DNA of 64,000 bases from IMG/VR virus record IMGVR_UViG_3300012984_000014, positions 32,001 through 96,000 of that record. One strand, given 5' to 3'. This stretch comes from a virus. Every line of letters starts with the position of its first letter. Position 1 is the stretch's first letter. Made by a program: the position numbers and the translations under genes. This document shows, one piece after another, positions 39,167 to 48,557 of this stretch. Below the pieces are notes generated by a model. The model made no database searches. It had not been told where the DNA came from and saw only the letters and a list, made by a program, of their open reading frames with translations.

Positions 39167-39667
39167 ATGGAATTTATGGAAATGCAAGAACAGGTCCACA
39201 CGTGGGCCGAAGAGAAGGGCTGGACCGACCCCGAGATCCTGAACCCTGACGCGGACCCGACTCCGACCGAGGAGCGGCTGGCGCAAATCGCGCTCATTCA
39301 CCTCCAACTCAGCAACGAGCTGGAGTTGATCAGGAAGGGCGAGCCGTCTAGCGGGTTTTTGGAAACCATCGCCGTCTCGCTTCCGCCGATCGCGCGCGTC
39401 GAAGGCGTGAACGCGATCAAGGTGCTGTCCAAGCTTGCGCTCGTGCACTCGGAGGTCTCCGAGGGCGTGGATGCCGTTCTGAAGGGCGTCATCAAGACTA
39501 CCGTCGTGGACGGAAAGCCGGAGGGCCTCGGGAGCGAAACCGCTGACGTTCACATCCGGCTGCTTCAGCTCGCTGGAATGCTCAATCAGGATTCAACCAA
39601 AGACTTCGCGTTGAAGATGGAATACAACGCGCAACGAAGCTTCAAGCACGGCGGAAAGCTCGCCTGA
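39167..39667 (+). CDS. MazG-like NTP pyrophosphohydrolase
   Basis: LALVHSEVSE...SETADVHIR...KMEYN..R..KHGGK. Confidence 0.8.
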   Translation: MEFMEMQEQVHTWAEEKGWTDPEILNPDADPTPTEERLAQIALIHLQLSNELELIRKGEPSSGFLETIAVSLPPIARVEGVNAIKVLSKLALVHSEVSEGVDAVLKGVIKTTVVDGKPEGLGSETADVHIRLLQLAGMLNQDSTKDFALKMEYNAQRSFKHGGKLA

Positions 39668-39668
39668 G

Positions 39669-40322
39669 ATGTCACACCCCCAACATCCGAACTGCTCGGC
39701 CTGCCGAAAGGCGCTGTTCAAGAGTGCGGCTGCCGCGAAGGTCAAGCCGTCGGACCCGTATGCGTTCTGCCGGAATCCAGCGTGCGCTGAATACACCTTC
39801 CGGAATGACCGCCCGACGGATCCCAAGAAGCCGACGCCGGAGCAACTGGCCAAGGCAGTTCGGATCTCGGGGAAGGCTAGCAATGGTCTGGATGGCAAGT
39901 CTGCCAAGACGGTTTCGACGCAGAAGCCGAAGCAGTCGGTGAAGGTCGATCATTCGGCGAGTTTGAAGGCTGTCAAGGAAGCAGACAAGATCATCGCGAT
40001 CACGCCGGCTCCAGAACCGGCGTCGGAGCCCGCGCCGAAAACGGTAAGGATCAATCCCAAGCCCGTTTCGGCCCGCGGCGTTCCACGTCGGGCCGTTCCG
40101 ATATCGGAGGCACCGGCCAAGCCGAAGGAGTCCGAGCCACTGGCAAAGGCGCGCACCCGTTTGCGCGCAATACTGGAAGCAGTTACGGTCGGACAACCAA
40201 AGGAATCCATAAGTTTGGTCCTGGCAATCCTGAATCAGGAGACAGGGAACCAGAAGGCCGCGGAAGCGCTGATCGACGAGTTCAAGCTGGATGAGAAGTA
40301 CGGTCTGCTCAAGTTCACATGA
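39669..40322 (+). CDS. Hypothetical protein (N-terminal Cys4, K/P-rich middle)
   Basis: CSAC...CRNPAC. Confidence 0.6.
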   Translation: MSHPQHPNCSACRKALFKSAAAAKVKPSDPYAFCRNPACAEYTFRNDRPTDPKKPTPEQLAKAVRISGKASNGLDGKSAKTVSTQKPKQSVKVDHSASLKAVKEADKIIAITPAPEPASEPAPKTVRINPKPVSARGVPRRAVPISEAPAKPKESEPLAKARTRLRAILEAVTVGQPKESISLVLAILNQETGNQKAAEALIDEFKLDEKYGLLKFT

Positions 40323-40495
40323 CCGCGGACGAATACGAGGAGCGCTTTGGCTCGAAGCCGCTGCTGGACGACCTTCAACGGGTGAACTGCTCTCGGCCGG
40401 GGACGATCGGTCATCTGCTTTGCGGAGTCTGCGAGGAGTGCAACCGACCTAAGTTCCAGTGCGATTGCCCCACTAAGTCTCCACAAACTGAATAA
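40319..40495 (+). CDS. 58-aa Cys-rich protein
   Basis: Hand-translated MTADEYEERF...CGVCEEC...CDC; ATGA overlap. Confidence 0.5.
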   Translation: MTADEYEERFGSKPLLDDLQRVNCSRPGTIGHLLCGVCEECNRPKFQCDCPTKSPQTE

Positions 40496-40548
40496 TCGTT
40501 CGTGATTAGCAAAAAGTTCTCGACCGATGGAAGCATCGGCACTAGAAC
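40479..40548 (+). promoter_or_regulatory. Phage promoter family copy 3 (leaderless)
   Basis: CTCCACA; AAAAAGTTC-TCGACC-17 nt-TAGAAC, ATG 7 nt later. Confidence 0.75.
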
Positions 40549-40555
40549 TAGCTAC

Positions 40556-41683
40556 ATGGAAGCCACAACCGATACCGTCGAAGTCAAGAAGAAGAAGCCA
40601 GGCAAGAAGGGCGAGAAGATCCCGATGAAGGCGGGCCGACCGGTGGCGCCCCCGGCAGAGCCGGGAACGGGCCGGCGCCCCACGCCTCCGGAATTCGAGG
40701 AGACCGAAGTCAAGGGCATCACCTCCGCCTGGCTCATCTGGGTGGGCTCGGAATTCTACAAGGGCATCGCCGACTGGAGCGACGAGGCCATCGCGCTCGG
40801 CATCTCCAAGCGCCTCCCGAATGCCTCGATGGCGCGCCAACTCGCGGCCCCGGGCACGGTCGTTTTCGTTGCCCACGATGAAGGTGAAAGCCACAGCTGC
40901 ACCAAGTGCGTCGGAGCGTGTGAGTGTCCGAGTTGCCGCAAGCGCATCAGCGAAATGACCGCGCTGCGAAACGTGATCGCTTCGATGAAGGCCGCGTTCA
41001 AGGGGGACTTCGTGACCGAGGCGCCGCGCGGACTGAAGCGCTTCGAGGAAGTCCGCCTGCGAACCATCGCAGAGCTCGAAGCCGAGATGAAGGCTTGCGA
41101 GGAGTGCAAGGGGAAGGGTTCCATCAAGGCGGGCACCGGCGGAGAGGTGGCGCTCAAGGACGGCCGCGTGTGGGATTATCGCACCTACAACTACTGGCTC
41201 CACCAGCCCAAGAAGTTCGATCCGGAGACGATGGTGGCCGAGGTCGAAATGTGCGAGACTTGCGGCGGGAAGGGCGACCTTCCCAATGCTCAAATCTTCG
41301 GCGTTTTCGCTCCGGAGCGCGTCGAATACATCGCCCGCGGCGACGAGACGAAGGAGGAGCTAGAAGCCCTCAAGGGCTTCAGGATCGTGGAGAAGGACGT
41401 GCTCAAGACGGAGGCCAAACGCAAGTGCGGTGTCCGGAAGGCCGGCGGCGTGTACGCGGTTACTTCTGCCGAGGGCGCGGACGGCGACAAGCTGCTGCAG
41501 GATGCCATCAAGGCGGGCCTCGTCAAGCCGGATGGCGCCGAGGTCCACGGCTCGTTCATCCGCTTTGGGCGCCCTGTCCCGGTGGCAGAGAAGCGCTTCC
41601 GTGGATTGAAGAAGATCAACTTGGGAACGGTGCGTGAAGCTGTCGACCAAGCCGAGATGATCGCAGAGGCGAGCGAAGCCTGA
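40556..41683 (+). CDS. Hypothetical protein with several CxxC/CxxCxGxG motifs
   Basis: CTKC, CPSC, CEECKGKG, CETCGGKG, KCGVRKAGGVY. Confidence 0.7.
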   Translation: MEATTDTVEVKKKKPGKKGEKIPMKAGRPVAPPAEPGTGRRPTPPEFEETEVKGITSAWLIWVGSEFYKGIADWSDEAIALGISKRLPNASMARQLAAPGTVVFVAHDEGESHSCTKCVGACECPSCRKRISEMTALRNVIASMKAAFKGDFVTEAPRGLKRFEEVRLRTIAELEAEMKACEECKGKGSIKAGTGGEVALKDGRVWDYRTYNYWLHQPKKFDPETMVAEVEMCETCGGKGDLPNAQIFGVFAPERVEYIARGDETKEELEALKGFRIVEKDVLKTEAKRKCGVRKAGGVYAVTSAEGADGDKLLQDAIKAGLVKPDGAEVHGSFIRFGRPVPVAEKRFRGLKKINLGTVREAVDQAEMIAEASEA

Positions 41684-42046
41684 TCAAGCTATGGAGGCGA
41701 GTTCAGTCAGAATTCGCCTTCGCAACTGCAGGTTGTTGAAAGGCTTCAAGAACGTCCGAAGCTCTTCACCCGGCGGAACGTCCCCGCCAGTGGTGAAGAG
41801 CGTTCGGATCTGCGGCCGTAGCGCGCGCGCTTCTTTTTCCAGTTCCAACCCGTTGCCGTCCTTCAGATAGATGTCTGTGATCAGGACGACCTTGACGTGT
41901 GGGCAGATCGTTCGCAGGATCAGGCGCGCGTTGGCAACGGTGTAGGCGGAGATGACGTCATAGGCATCGCTTGCCAGGGAGCGAAGCAGCGCGCGAACCA
42001 CCAGCGCGTCATCGTCTACAAGTAGCACAATCGCTGGCCTGTCCAT
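41684..42046 (-). CDS. Stand-alone response-regulator receiver (CheY-like) protein
   Basis: LLVDDD, phosphoacceptor ITDIYL, FTTG, LKPF. Confidence 0.85.
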   Translation of the reverse strand: MDRPAIVLLVDDDALVVRALLRSLASDAYDVISAYTVANARLILRTICPHVKVVLITDIYLKDGNGLELEKEARALRPQIRTLFTTGGDVPPGEELRTFLKPFNNLQLRRRILTELASIA

Positions 42047-42068
42047 GGCCTCGATTATGCCCGAGCGA

Positions 42069-42611
42069 TCACAGGTGGCCTAGGACCTGATTGAACGTCG
42101 AAACGCGCAAAGCCTCACGCGGGACGGTCGCGGTGACACGTCGTCCGCCGTAGGCTCGGAACATTCCTTCAGGGAAGGGTGCGTGGGCGTTTTTTGCAGT
42201 GTAGAAGGCGCTTCGCATCTTGCGGGCGGCCGCGATGCTTTGGACATCGACGTCGGGCGACCCCCAGACCTCGGACGTGTAGCCGTCCTTGTGGATCTGG
42301 TACAGGCCCCAAGCGCGGCCGCGGTCGCACTCCTTCGGCCGGCAGTCGTTCCGGCGGAGGCGATCGGAGAGGGCCGTTTCAACGTAGGCGGTCGCCAGCA
42401 TCGCTGCTGCCAGGATCCGGTCACCCTTCGAGGCGCTGGCGATGGCGCGCGCGAGCGCTTCCGGGTCCGTCTTCTCCTCGCGCGGCGCTAGCAGGCTTCG
42501 CTGTGCCAAGACGAGGCGATCCACCATGTTGTAGGGCTCCTTGCTGGCAGCCGGGAGCGCGATGGCTAGGCCGGCAAGGAGGAGCAGGGAGAGGGCGAAG
42601 CGTTTGATCAT
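42069..42611 (-). CDS. Secreted lytic transglycosylase (SLT-like)
   Basis: AGGAG SD; signal peptide MIKRFALSLLLLAGLAIALPA; AYVET (catalytic Glu) and GRAWGLYQI. Confidence 0.7.
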   Translation of the reverse strand: MIKRFALSLLLLAGLAIALPAASKEPYNMVDRLVLAQRSLLAPREEKTDPEALARAIASASKGDRILAAAMLATAYVETALSDRLRRNDCRPKECDRGRAWGLYQIHKDGYTSEVWGSPDVDVQSIAAARKMRSAFYTAKNAHAPFPEGMFRAYGGRRVTATVPREALRVSTFNQVLGHL

Positions 42612-42691
42612 GGGAGTCTCCTGAAAGCGGGGATGGTACGCTAGGTAGCGCGCGCCAACATCTTTCCGCTGAATCGCGAACTGGCTCAATA

Positions 42692-42763
42692 TTCCACAAA
42701 TGCAAAAAAAGATTGGTGAAAGGCAAAAAAGTTATCGACGTGTGGAAGCAAAAGCCGTACTAC
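42692..42763 (+). promoter_or_regulatory. Phage promoter family copy 4 (leaderless)
   Basis: TTCCACA-N42-TGTGGAA; TCGACG-17 nt-TACTAC, ATG 6 nt later. Confidence 0.8.
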
Positions 42764-42769
42764 TTAGGC

Positions 42770-43069
42770 ATGGCAAGCAGCAAAGCAGTGAAGTTCGGCC
42801 CAGTGTTCGCTCGCGCGTCTTATACGGTGAAGGTGCGCGGGGAGCATGGGTGCGCCGTGTATGGCAATTCAGACGTGAGTGCTCAAGTCGAGTGTTACCT
42901 TTCCACTCGACCACACGGCGTCGTGGATGTGTTCTACAGCGAGTCGTGTGGCCACTGCAGTGGCTCGGGCCGCGTCTGTACGAACCGCCGCATGATGCGC
43001 TGGGCGCCGTGCCCGGCGTGCAAGGGCAACCCCGAGATCCAGGCCGACACGCTGATCGCAACGTTCTAA
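42770..43069 (+). CDS. Small zinc-finger protein
   Basis: CGHCSGSG, CPACKG; leaderless start. Confidence 0.65.
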   Translation: MASSKAVKFGPVFARASYTVKVRGEHGCAVYGNSDVSAQVECYLSTRPHGVVDVFYSESCGHCSGSGRVCTNRRMMRWAPCPACKGNPEIQADTLIATF

Positions 43070-43097
43070 AAAACAGAACCTGGAAGGAATCAGAAAA

Positions 43098-43634
43098 ATG
43101 TCTAAGTTCAAGCAAGTTGCTCCCGCCTCCGAACCGAAACCCCAGCCCGCTCCCGAGGCTCCTCCGATCACCAAGTACGAGATGATTGCCAAAGTCTACT
43201 CCCGCAAGAAGGAGGTGATGGAGGATTCCATCGCGGCGTTCAAGGCGAGCGTCGAGAAGGACGGCTGCAGCTACGCCATGATCTGGAAGGGCGAGGCGGC
43301 GATGTTCGCTGAGGCGTTCCTTCGGGAGACGCACGGGATGGAGTCCTTCATCGCGCCGCGCCGGCCTCCGTACGACGCGCCAGCCAACCAGGCGGAGGAG
43401 GACGAGAACACCAAGGCGGAGGCGGCCGACATCCTCCGGATCCGGGAGGGATTCGAGCGCATGCTGGCCAAGCACGTGAGCGACCTCCTGGGTGGCGAGT
43501 ACGCGCCTGCCGACGGACCGTGGGTCGCCAACTCGACGTCTCAGATGGCCAACCTGGACACTGTCCAGAAGGCGAACGTCAAGCGCGCGCTGTACTCGAT
43601 GTACACGCAGCTCCTCGCCTGCATCGACGAATGA
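43098..43634 (+). CDS. Hypothetical protein
   Basis: GAAGGA SD; core-like codons. Confidence 0.7.
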   Translation: MSKFKQVAPASEPKPQPAPEAPPITKYEMIAKVYSRKKEVMEDSIAAFKASVEKDGCSYAMIWKGEAAMFAEAFLRETHGMESFIAPRRPPYDAPANQAEEDENTKAEAADILRIREGFERMLAKHVSDLLGGEYAPADGPWVANSTSQMANLDTVQKANVKRALYSMYTQLLACIDE

Positions 43635-43642
43635 TGTCATAG

Positions 43643-43714
43643 TTCCACAAGCAGAGAAAATATTGGAGTCTGGCAAAAAAAGTTCTCGACGTGTGGAAGC
43701 ACTTAGGCTAAGGT
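43643..43714 (+). promoter_or_regulatory. Phage promoter family copy 5
   Basis: TTCCACA-N42-TGTGGAA; TCGACG-17 nt-TAAGGT. Confidence 0.8.
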
Positions 43715-43760
43715 TCTTCTTGTAGGGCGGCCGTGGCGGCCGCCCTCGGAAGGAGAGAAA

Positions 43761-43955
43761 ATGAAAATAGTGTGCATCACGTTGGACGACGAAACGGCCG
43801 AGAAGCTCGGAGAGATCTTGGCAAGTTCCCAGTTCAACGTGAACGAGCAAATCGCGTCGATGATCCAAATCGACTACGAGGAGTGGCAATACTCAAGCCA
43901 CGACTCGCCGCGCTCGGCACGATGGATTCGATTCCTGAAATCAGAACAGAACTGA
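43761..43955 (+). CDS. Small RHH/HTH-like protein
   Basis: AAGGAG SD; ITLDDETAEKL. Confidence 0.55.
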   Translation: MKIVCITLDDETAEKLGEILASSQFNVNEQIASMIQIDYEEWQYSSHDSPRSARWIRFLKSEQN

Positions 43956-44007
43956 GGCCACGCGCTCCGGTTCATCGCGAGCCGGGGCGCGCCCCTACTA
44001 AGCCCGA

Positions 44008-44352
44008 ATGGCCGAGCCAATCAAACTCAAGCCGGTGGACGAGATGATCCAAGTCTGGGACGGCTACCGAGGAAACAACCGAATTGGTTGGAAGATGGTT
44101 GGAAGCGGCAAGCGCCTCGTGGAGGTATTCGGGACTTGGTGCGTGCATTGCCTAACGAATTGGGGATGGACTCCGCAACCAGATCACGCCGATCGGATTC
44201 ACCAAGCGATGAAGCTGAAAGGGTGCCCGCGTTGCAAGCGCGCAGATGACGGCACGCCCATCCCACGAAAGCCACTCACGACGCCTCGCGCGTCTTCTCT
44301 GGAAGGCGTCAGAGAGCGCCTCCGAAACCCAAATGCGAAGAAGCCCAAATGA
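44008..44352 (+). CDS. Hypothetical protein (CVHC, CPRC)
   Basis: ORF track; coupled to next. Confidence 0.55.
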   Translation: MAEPIKLKPVDEMIQVWDGYRGNNRIGWKMVGSGKRLVEVFGTWCVHCLTNWGWTPQPDHADRIHQAMKLKGCPRCKRADDGTPIPRKPLTTPRASSLEGVRERLRNPNAKKPK

Positions 44353-44633
44353 CCAATAGACACCAGATCCCATCAATCCTGCCAGCGCCGACACCAGCCG
44401 CCCAAGCTTTTTCCAACGCTAGCTCCATCCTTTCCGAGCCATCGCCGCTTCCGCTCCGCCGGACCTTCGTTGCCAAGGCGCGCGAGATCCGGGCGCTCTC
44501 GGAGCGTCTCACGGCGCTGATGGACGTGGGGACGCCTTTGGACGAGATTGACCGGCTCGCCCGCGATCTGGCGATGAAGTGCTTGCAGGCTCAACAGGAG
44601 ACTCTCAGGGCGCGCGCGGACGGAGCGCGCTGA
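44349..44633 (+). CDS. Hypothetical protein
   Basis: ATGA overlap. Confidence 0.5.
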   Translation: MTNRHQIPSILPAPTPAAQAFSNASSILSEPSPLPLRRTFVAKAREIRALSERLTALMDVGTPLDEIDRLARDLAMKCLQAQQETLRARADGAR

Positions 44634-44639
44634 ACAGCG

Positions 44640-44882
44640 ATGGCAAAAGTTCGAAGCCACGCCGGCCTTGAGGTCGTTGTCTTCCTCGGTGAATTCAGAA
44701 TCCAGGGACGGGCCGGCGCCATCCTCGGCTCCGGCGCCGACGACAACGCGCACTTCAGGGCGGCCGAGCGCTTCCTGCTAGAAGGCAACCAACCGCACAA
44801 AGATAGCATCGGCTACGTCTGGCCCGACCGGAAGGCCGCGGAATCAGCACTCCAGGCGATTGCCCAAAGGAACCTGAGATGA
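44640..44882 (+). CDS. Hypothetical protein
   Basis: In tandem + strand array. Confidence 0.55.
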   Translation: MAKVRSHAGLEVVVFLGEFRIQGRAGAILGSGADDNAHFRAAERFLLEGNQPHKDSIGYVWPDRKAAESALQAIAQRNLR

Positions 44883-45139
44883 TGACTGAAAGCGAGAAGA
44901 AGTTGATGGATCTGGTCTTGTCCGGCCAGAGCATTTCCGACTACACGACGCGCTTCAACGAACTGCGGAACGCTGTGCTTTTTGAGCGTCTTCCGCCGGA
45001 AAAGAAGGCCGTTTGGCAGGAGGCATACCGCCAATTGCGGTTGGCCCGAATCAATTTGGACCAGGTGTCGGTCGACCTCGGCGTGTCGAATCTGACGCTA
45101 ACTCCTTGGAAAAAAGAAGTCGACGAGGAAGTCCCATGA
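44879..45139 (+). CDS. Hypothetical protein
   Basis: ATGA overlaps. Confidence 0.55.
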   Translation: MMTESEKKLMDLVLSGQSISDYTTRFNELRNAVLFERLPPEKKAVWQEAYRQLRLARINLDQVSVDLGVSNLTLTPWKKEVDEEVP

Positions 45140-45801
45140 TAGACGCGAAGGAATACAAGCACGAGTCATACGGGATGGTGTCGTTTTCACACAGGAGCGG
45201 CAATCCAAAGTTGTTCCATAGCGCGCTTGAAAACCACTACAACTACATCACGCTCAGCGTGAAAACTTGCACGCTACTTCGGGGCGAGGATGGAGATCGG
45301 CTCTTTGGGCCGATGCACGGCGACATTGTCGAAGTCGACCTGTCTGCTAGCCAATTTGCTGAACTGCTGACGACGATGAATGTCGGCATGGGCGCCGCGT
45401 GCACCATACGTAGCATTGGGAACAAGACGTTGGAGCGTCCGCCAGACATCGATTCCACTCCGGAGAACATGAGGATCGAATTCAAGGCACGCGCCAAGTC
45501 TTTCTCCAAGAAGATTCTGGAACGGGCGAACGGCGTGGCAGAATTGCTCAAAAAGCCGACGCTCAACAAGGCCGACCGCGCTAGCATCGGCGACATCATC
45601 CGGACAGTGGCCCAGGAGTTGGAGAAAAACATCCCTTTCTTCGTGGAGATGTACCAGGAGGCGACCGGGAAGGTGGTTGACGCGGCCAAGGCCGAGATCG
45701 AAGGCTTTATGGTCTCGGCCGTTCGCCAAGCCGGCCTCGCCGCGCTAGCGGCCGGAAAGGTCCAGATCACTCCGCCCGCACTCCCGCCGATTAAGTCATG
45801 A
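45136..45801 (+). CDS. Hypothetical phage protein
   Basis: ATGA overlap start; HESYGMV...IVEVDLSASQFAELLT. Confidence 0.65.
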   Translation: MIDAKEYKHESYGMVSFSHRSGNPKLFHSALENHYNYITLSVKTCTLLRGEDGDRLFGPMHGDIVEVDLSASQFAELLTTMNVGMGAACTIRSIGNKTLERPPDIDSTPENMRIEFKARAKSFSKKILERANGVAELLKKPTLNKADRASIGDIIRTVAQELEKNIPFFVEMYQEATGKVVDAAKAEIEGFMVSAVRQAGLAALAAGKVQITPPALPPIKS

Positions 45802-46142
45802 GCATCGGGATCAGCCGCACGCCGTCCTTCCGGGATCATCACGAGTCCGTCAGCGTGACAGCATACGGCACTCGGGACGACCCGCCTGGACCAGAGGACA
45901 TCGGACGGGCCGCTGGCATGCTATTCGCAGCAGGAGAGGCAGCGCTGGCGGTCGACCCGTACGGCTCGCCGGAGGTCTCGCACAGCAAGAGCGGCGGCGT
46001 GAGCCTAGGTTGCAAGCGGCTGACGTTCCGCATCCAGTTCGCCGTCTCCTCGGACGACGTGCTGGCAGGCGGCCCGATCCACCGCGAGCGTGCCACAGAG
46101 GTGGGCAGGACGATGTACCGCGCGCTGGAGGCACGTTTCTGA
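45798..46142 (+). CDS. Hypothetical protein
   Basis: ATGA overlap. Confidence 0.5.
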   Translation: MSIGISRTPSFRDHHESVSVTAYGTRDDPPGPEDIGRAAGMLFAAGEAALAVDPYGSPEVSHSKSGGVSLGCKRLTFRIQFAVSSDDVLAGGPIHRERATEVGRTMYRALEARF

Positions 46143-46143
46143 A

Positions 46144-46827
46144 TCAGTGACCGGCTGACGGCGTTGGAGCCGGAGTCTCGGACGTTGGAGCGGGCGCCGT
46201 CAGTGATGGCATAGGGGGCGGTGGTTTGCCTGAGGCCGCGTTGATGATCGTCGTGATGAGCCAGATCAGGAAGGCGAAGACGATCGGACCGCTCGTGCCA
46301 GTCAGCAAGCCCCACCAGCGGCCCGACTTCGCTCCTGCAGCCTTTCCGCTTTCGCGACCTTGCTCGTTGGCAAGCGCTTCGACGCGGATGACGAGCGCGT
46401 TGTGATCACGCTCGCGCCGCGCGTCTTCGGTGAGGTTCGCCGTCACGGCACTGGTTAGGCTGGAGATGTCGCCGCGGAGGCCGGATATGTCACCGCGCAA
46501 TCCTTTAAGCTCGCCAACATCCTCCTGGATGCTGTTGATCTTGGCATCGTAGTCACTGAAGCGCGACACCATCTTGCCTTCGAGTGTCGCGCGCTCGCGC
46601 GCTTCGGCCTCAATGGCTCTCTGCATCTGCTCGCGGTCCGTCTTCGAGCCCTCGATGGCCTGCTTGGCAGTCGTCAGAACGCGGTTGAGCAGCGCGCGGT
46701 CGTTGTCGTCCAGCGCACCGATTGAGTCACGGCGCTCTTGGCGAGGGTCGACGGCCTTCATTGATGCCAACGTCTCGACAGCAGGCAGCGCGCCCGGCCG
46801 CGGGAACTTAGGGGGCGGATCGGCCAT
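46144..46827 (-). CDS. Coiled-coil protein with C-terminal TM helix
   Basis: Heptads LRGDISGLRGDISSL; TM WWGLL...IVFAFLIWLITTII. Confidence 0.65.
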   Translation of the reverse strand: MADPPPKFPRPGALPAVETLASMKAVDPRQERRDSIGALDDNDRALLNRVLTTAKQAIEGSKTDREQMQRAIEAEARERATLEGKMVSRFSDYDAKINSIQEDVGELKGLRGDISGLRGDISSLTSAVTANLTEDARRERDHNALVIRVEALANEQGRESGKAAGAKSGRWWGLLTGTSGPIVFAFLIWLITTIINAASGKPPPPMPSLTAPAPTSETPAPTPSAGH

Positions 46828-47170
46828 TGGGCAACATCACCATGTGTTCGCGAATTTCGCGAATCTCATTGGACATGCGCTCCGTGGCTCGGGCCGTTCC
46901 GACGAGAGACAGCACGCTGAAGAAGGCAGCCACGATGGCGACGCTGACGGCAACGTAGGGCAGGTCAGACTTGTTCCGCTTCAGGTCGCGCAGAGCGTCA
47001 CGCACCTCTTGCCTGAATTCAGCTTCTTCCTGGACGCGCCTTGCGTCTTCGGCCTTGAAGGCCACCATCTGATTTGCCAAATCGGCATCAGTTCGGTCCT
47101 TGATGCCAAGTTTGACCGCCAATGAACGGGCGAGGGCTTCAACGGCCTGAGGGCTGAGTGACGTCTCCAT
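46808..47170 (-). CDS. Coiled-coil protein with single TM helix
   Basis: TM YVAVSVAIVAAFFSVLSLV; overlaps partner gene. Confidence 0.6.
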   Translation of the reverse strand: METSLSPQAVEALARSLAVKLGIKDRTDADLANQMVAFKAEDARRVQEEAEFRQEVRDALRDLKRNKSDLPYVAVSVAIVAAFFSVLSLVGTARATERMSNEIREIREHMVMLPNGRSAP

Positions 47171-47268
47171 CTTTTCGCTAGCCTAACGTTTCGTGAGATC
47201 ATGCGGTAGCGGATTGGCCCGTTTAGACGTTTCAGCGGCGACGAAAGGGCGCCTTTAATTTAGCCAAG

Positions 47269-47940
47269 ATGAAACTAAGCGAATGGAAGACCGCCGTGCG
47301 CTCGTTGAGCAAAGTCGGTGGGGAGTCGCCGCTTGTCTTGGAACGCTTTGGCACAACGTCGTCGAGCGAGCCCAGCGCGCGCGTCCTCTGCTTCAACGTG
47401 AAAGACTTGTTGTCACGCCCGCGCCTCGCAGTCGAAGCGACCGACGCCATGCGCGCGCTTGGCCATCCCGGAAACCTACTGATCGATCGCACCAATGCCA
47501 AGATGAATGATTCCATTAGTCTGATGTTCTATGGCGCGAGCGGCCCATCAGACCGCGTGAAGCAGATCTTTGAAGCGCGCCGCGTTGGAGGGGCCATTGA
47601 AGTGATCATCACGCAGTTCCGTCCGTCGGAAGTATGCAGCCTGGTGCCCGGGAATGCTGAGTCACCAGACTTCTTGGATCGTATTTACGATGCTTGCAAG
47701 AACGACCTCCGGATGCTCCGCGGTTGGCCGGCTGAAACCGAATTCGAGGCTAAGCGTCCCTTTGGTCCGATGATGCATGGCGTGGAAGGGCGCGTGGTCT
47801 TCCAGGGCGGATCCGGACGAGCACGCGCGGAAACCATGTTCAACGCCTCGCTCAACCAGGAAGGGAAGATTTCAGCGGTCCTGCCGATTTTCCCGCATAT
47901 CCGACTGGAGATCGCGATGAGCACGATTGAGGACCTATGA
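47269..47940 (+). CDS. Hypothetical protein (MKLSEWK N-terminus)
   Basis: ORF track; coupled to next. Confidence 0.6.
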   Translation: MKLSEWKTAVRSLSKVGGESPLVLERFGTTSSSEPSARVLCFNVKDLLSRPRLAVEATDAMRALGHPGNLLIDRTNAKMNDSISLMFYGASGPSDRVKQIFEARRVGGAIEVIITQFRPSEVCSLVPGNAESPDFLDRIYDACKNDLRMLRGWPAETEFEAKRPFGPMMHGVEGRVVFQGGSGRARAETMFNASLNQEGKISAVLPIFPHIRLEIAMSTIEDL

Positions 47941-48557
47941 ATCTGGAAGAGATCAGAGAAGCCGCGCGTGAATGCGGCTATGAGCGCGACGAAGCCAAGC
48001 CGCTGATCATCTTGGACTCGCCGAAGCCGGTCGCGTTCGATTTGCGTGGGCTTTCCAAAGCGATGGCGCCCAAGCTCGAAGCGCTCGCCAAGCATCTCGC
48101 CGTTTCTACAGAGAAGCTCGCTGATGCCTTGGACAAGGCGTGGATCGACATCGTGGCCGCGTCCGAGACGGTTCCGGCAACGGGCCTCCGCGGCGAGGGC
48201 GCGAGCCTCCTGCTGGAGGGCATGATCAAGGTGGTCGACGGCGCGGACGAGGCGAGTCGGGACGATTCCGTTGACGTCTTCGCGCGCGCCAAGGAGATTC
48301 TCAGGGTAGGCGGGTTTGCGGGCTCGATTCCGGGCGCCGCGTCAGAGGCGATGGAGATTGAGAAGAAGCTGGCGGAGGTCGCGGCGCTCACAGGCTCCAC
48401 AGTCGAGTCCATCAAGGACTCTGTGAGCGCCCTCGCGCGCACCTCGTCCAAGTCGCGGTCCGAGGCATTGGCGGACGCCCTCGCTGCCGCCGGCAGATCT
48501 CGACACGGCGACCTCGTGGCCAAGCTATTGGGCTTTGACGTTGGGAGCTTCGAGTGA
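47937..48557 (+). CDS. Hypothetical mosaic-like protein
   Basis: ATGA overlap; contains TGLRGEGASLL and AMEIEKKLAEVAALTG. Confidence 0.65.
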   Translation: MNLEEIREAARECGYERDEAKPLIILDSPKPVAFDLRGLSKAMAPKLEALAKHLAVSTEKLADALDKAWIDIVAASETVPATGLRGEGASLLLEGMIKVVDGADEASRDDSVDVFARAKEILRVGGFAGSIPGAASEAMEIEKKLAEVAALTGSTVESIKDSVSALARTSSKSRSEALADALAAAGRSRHGDLVAKLLGFDVGSFE

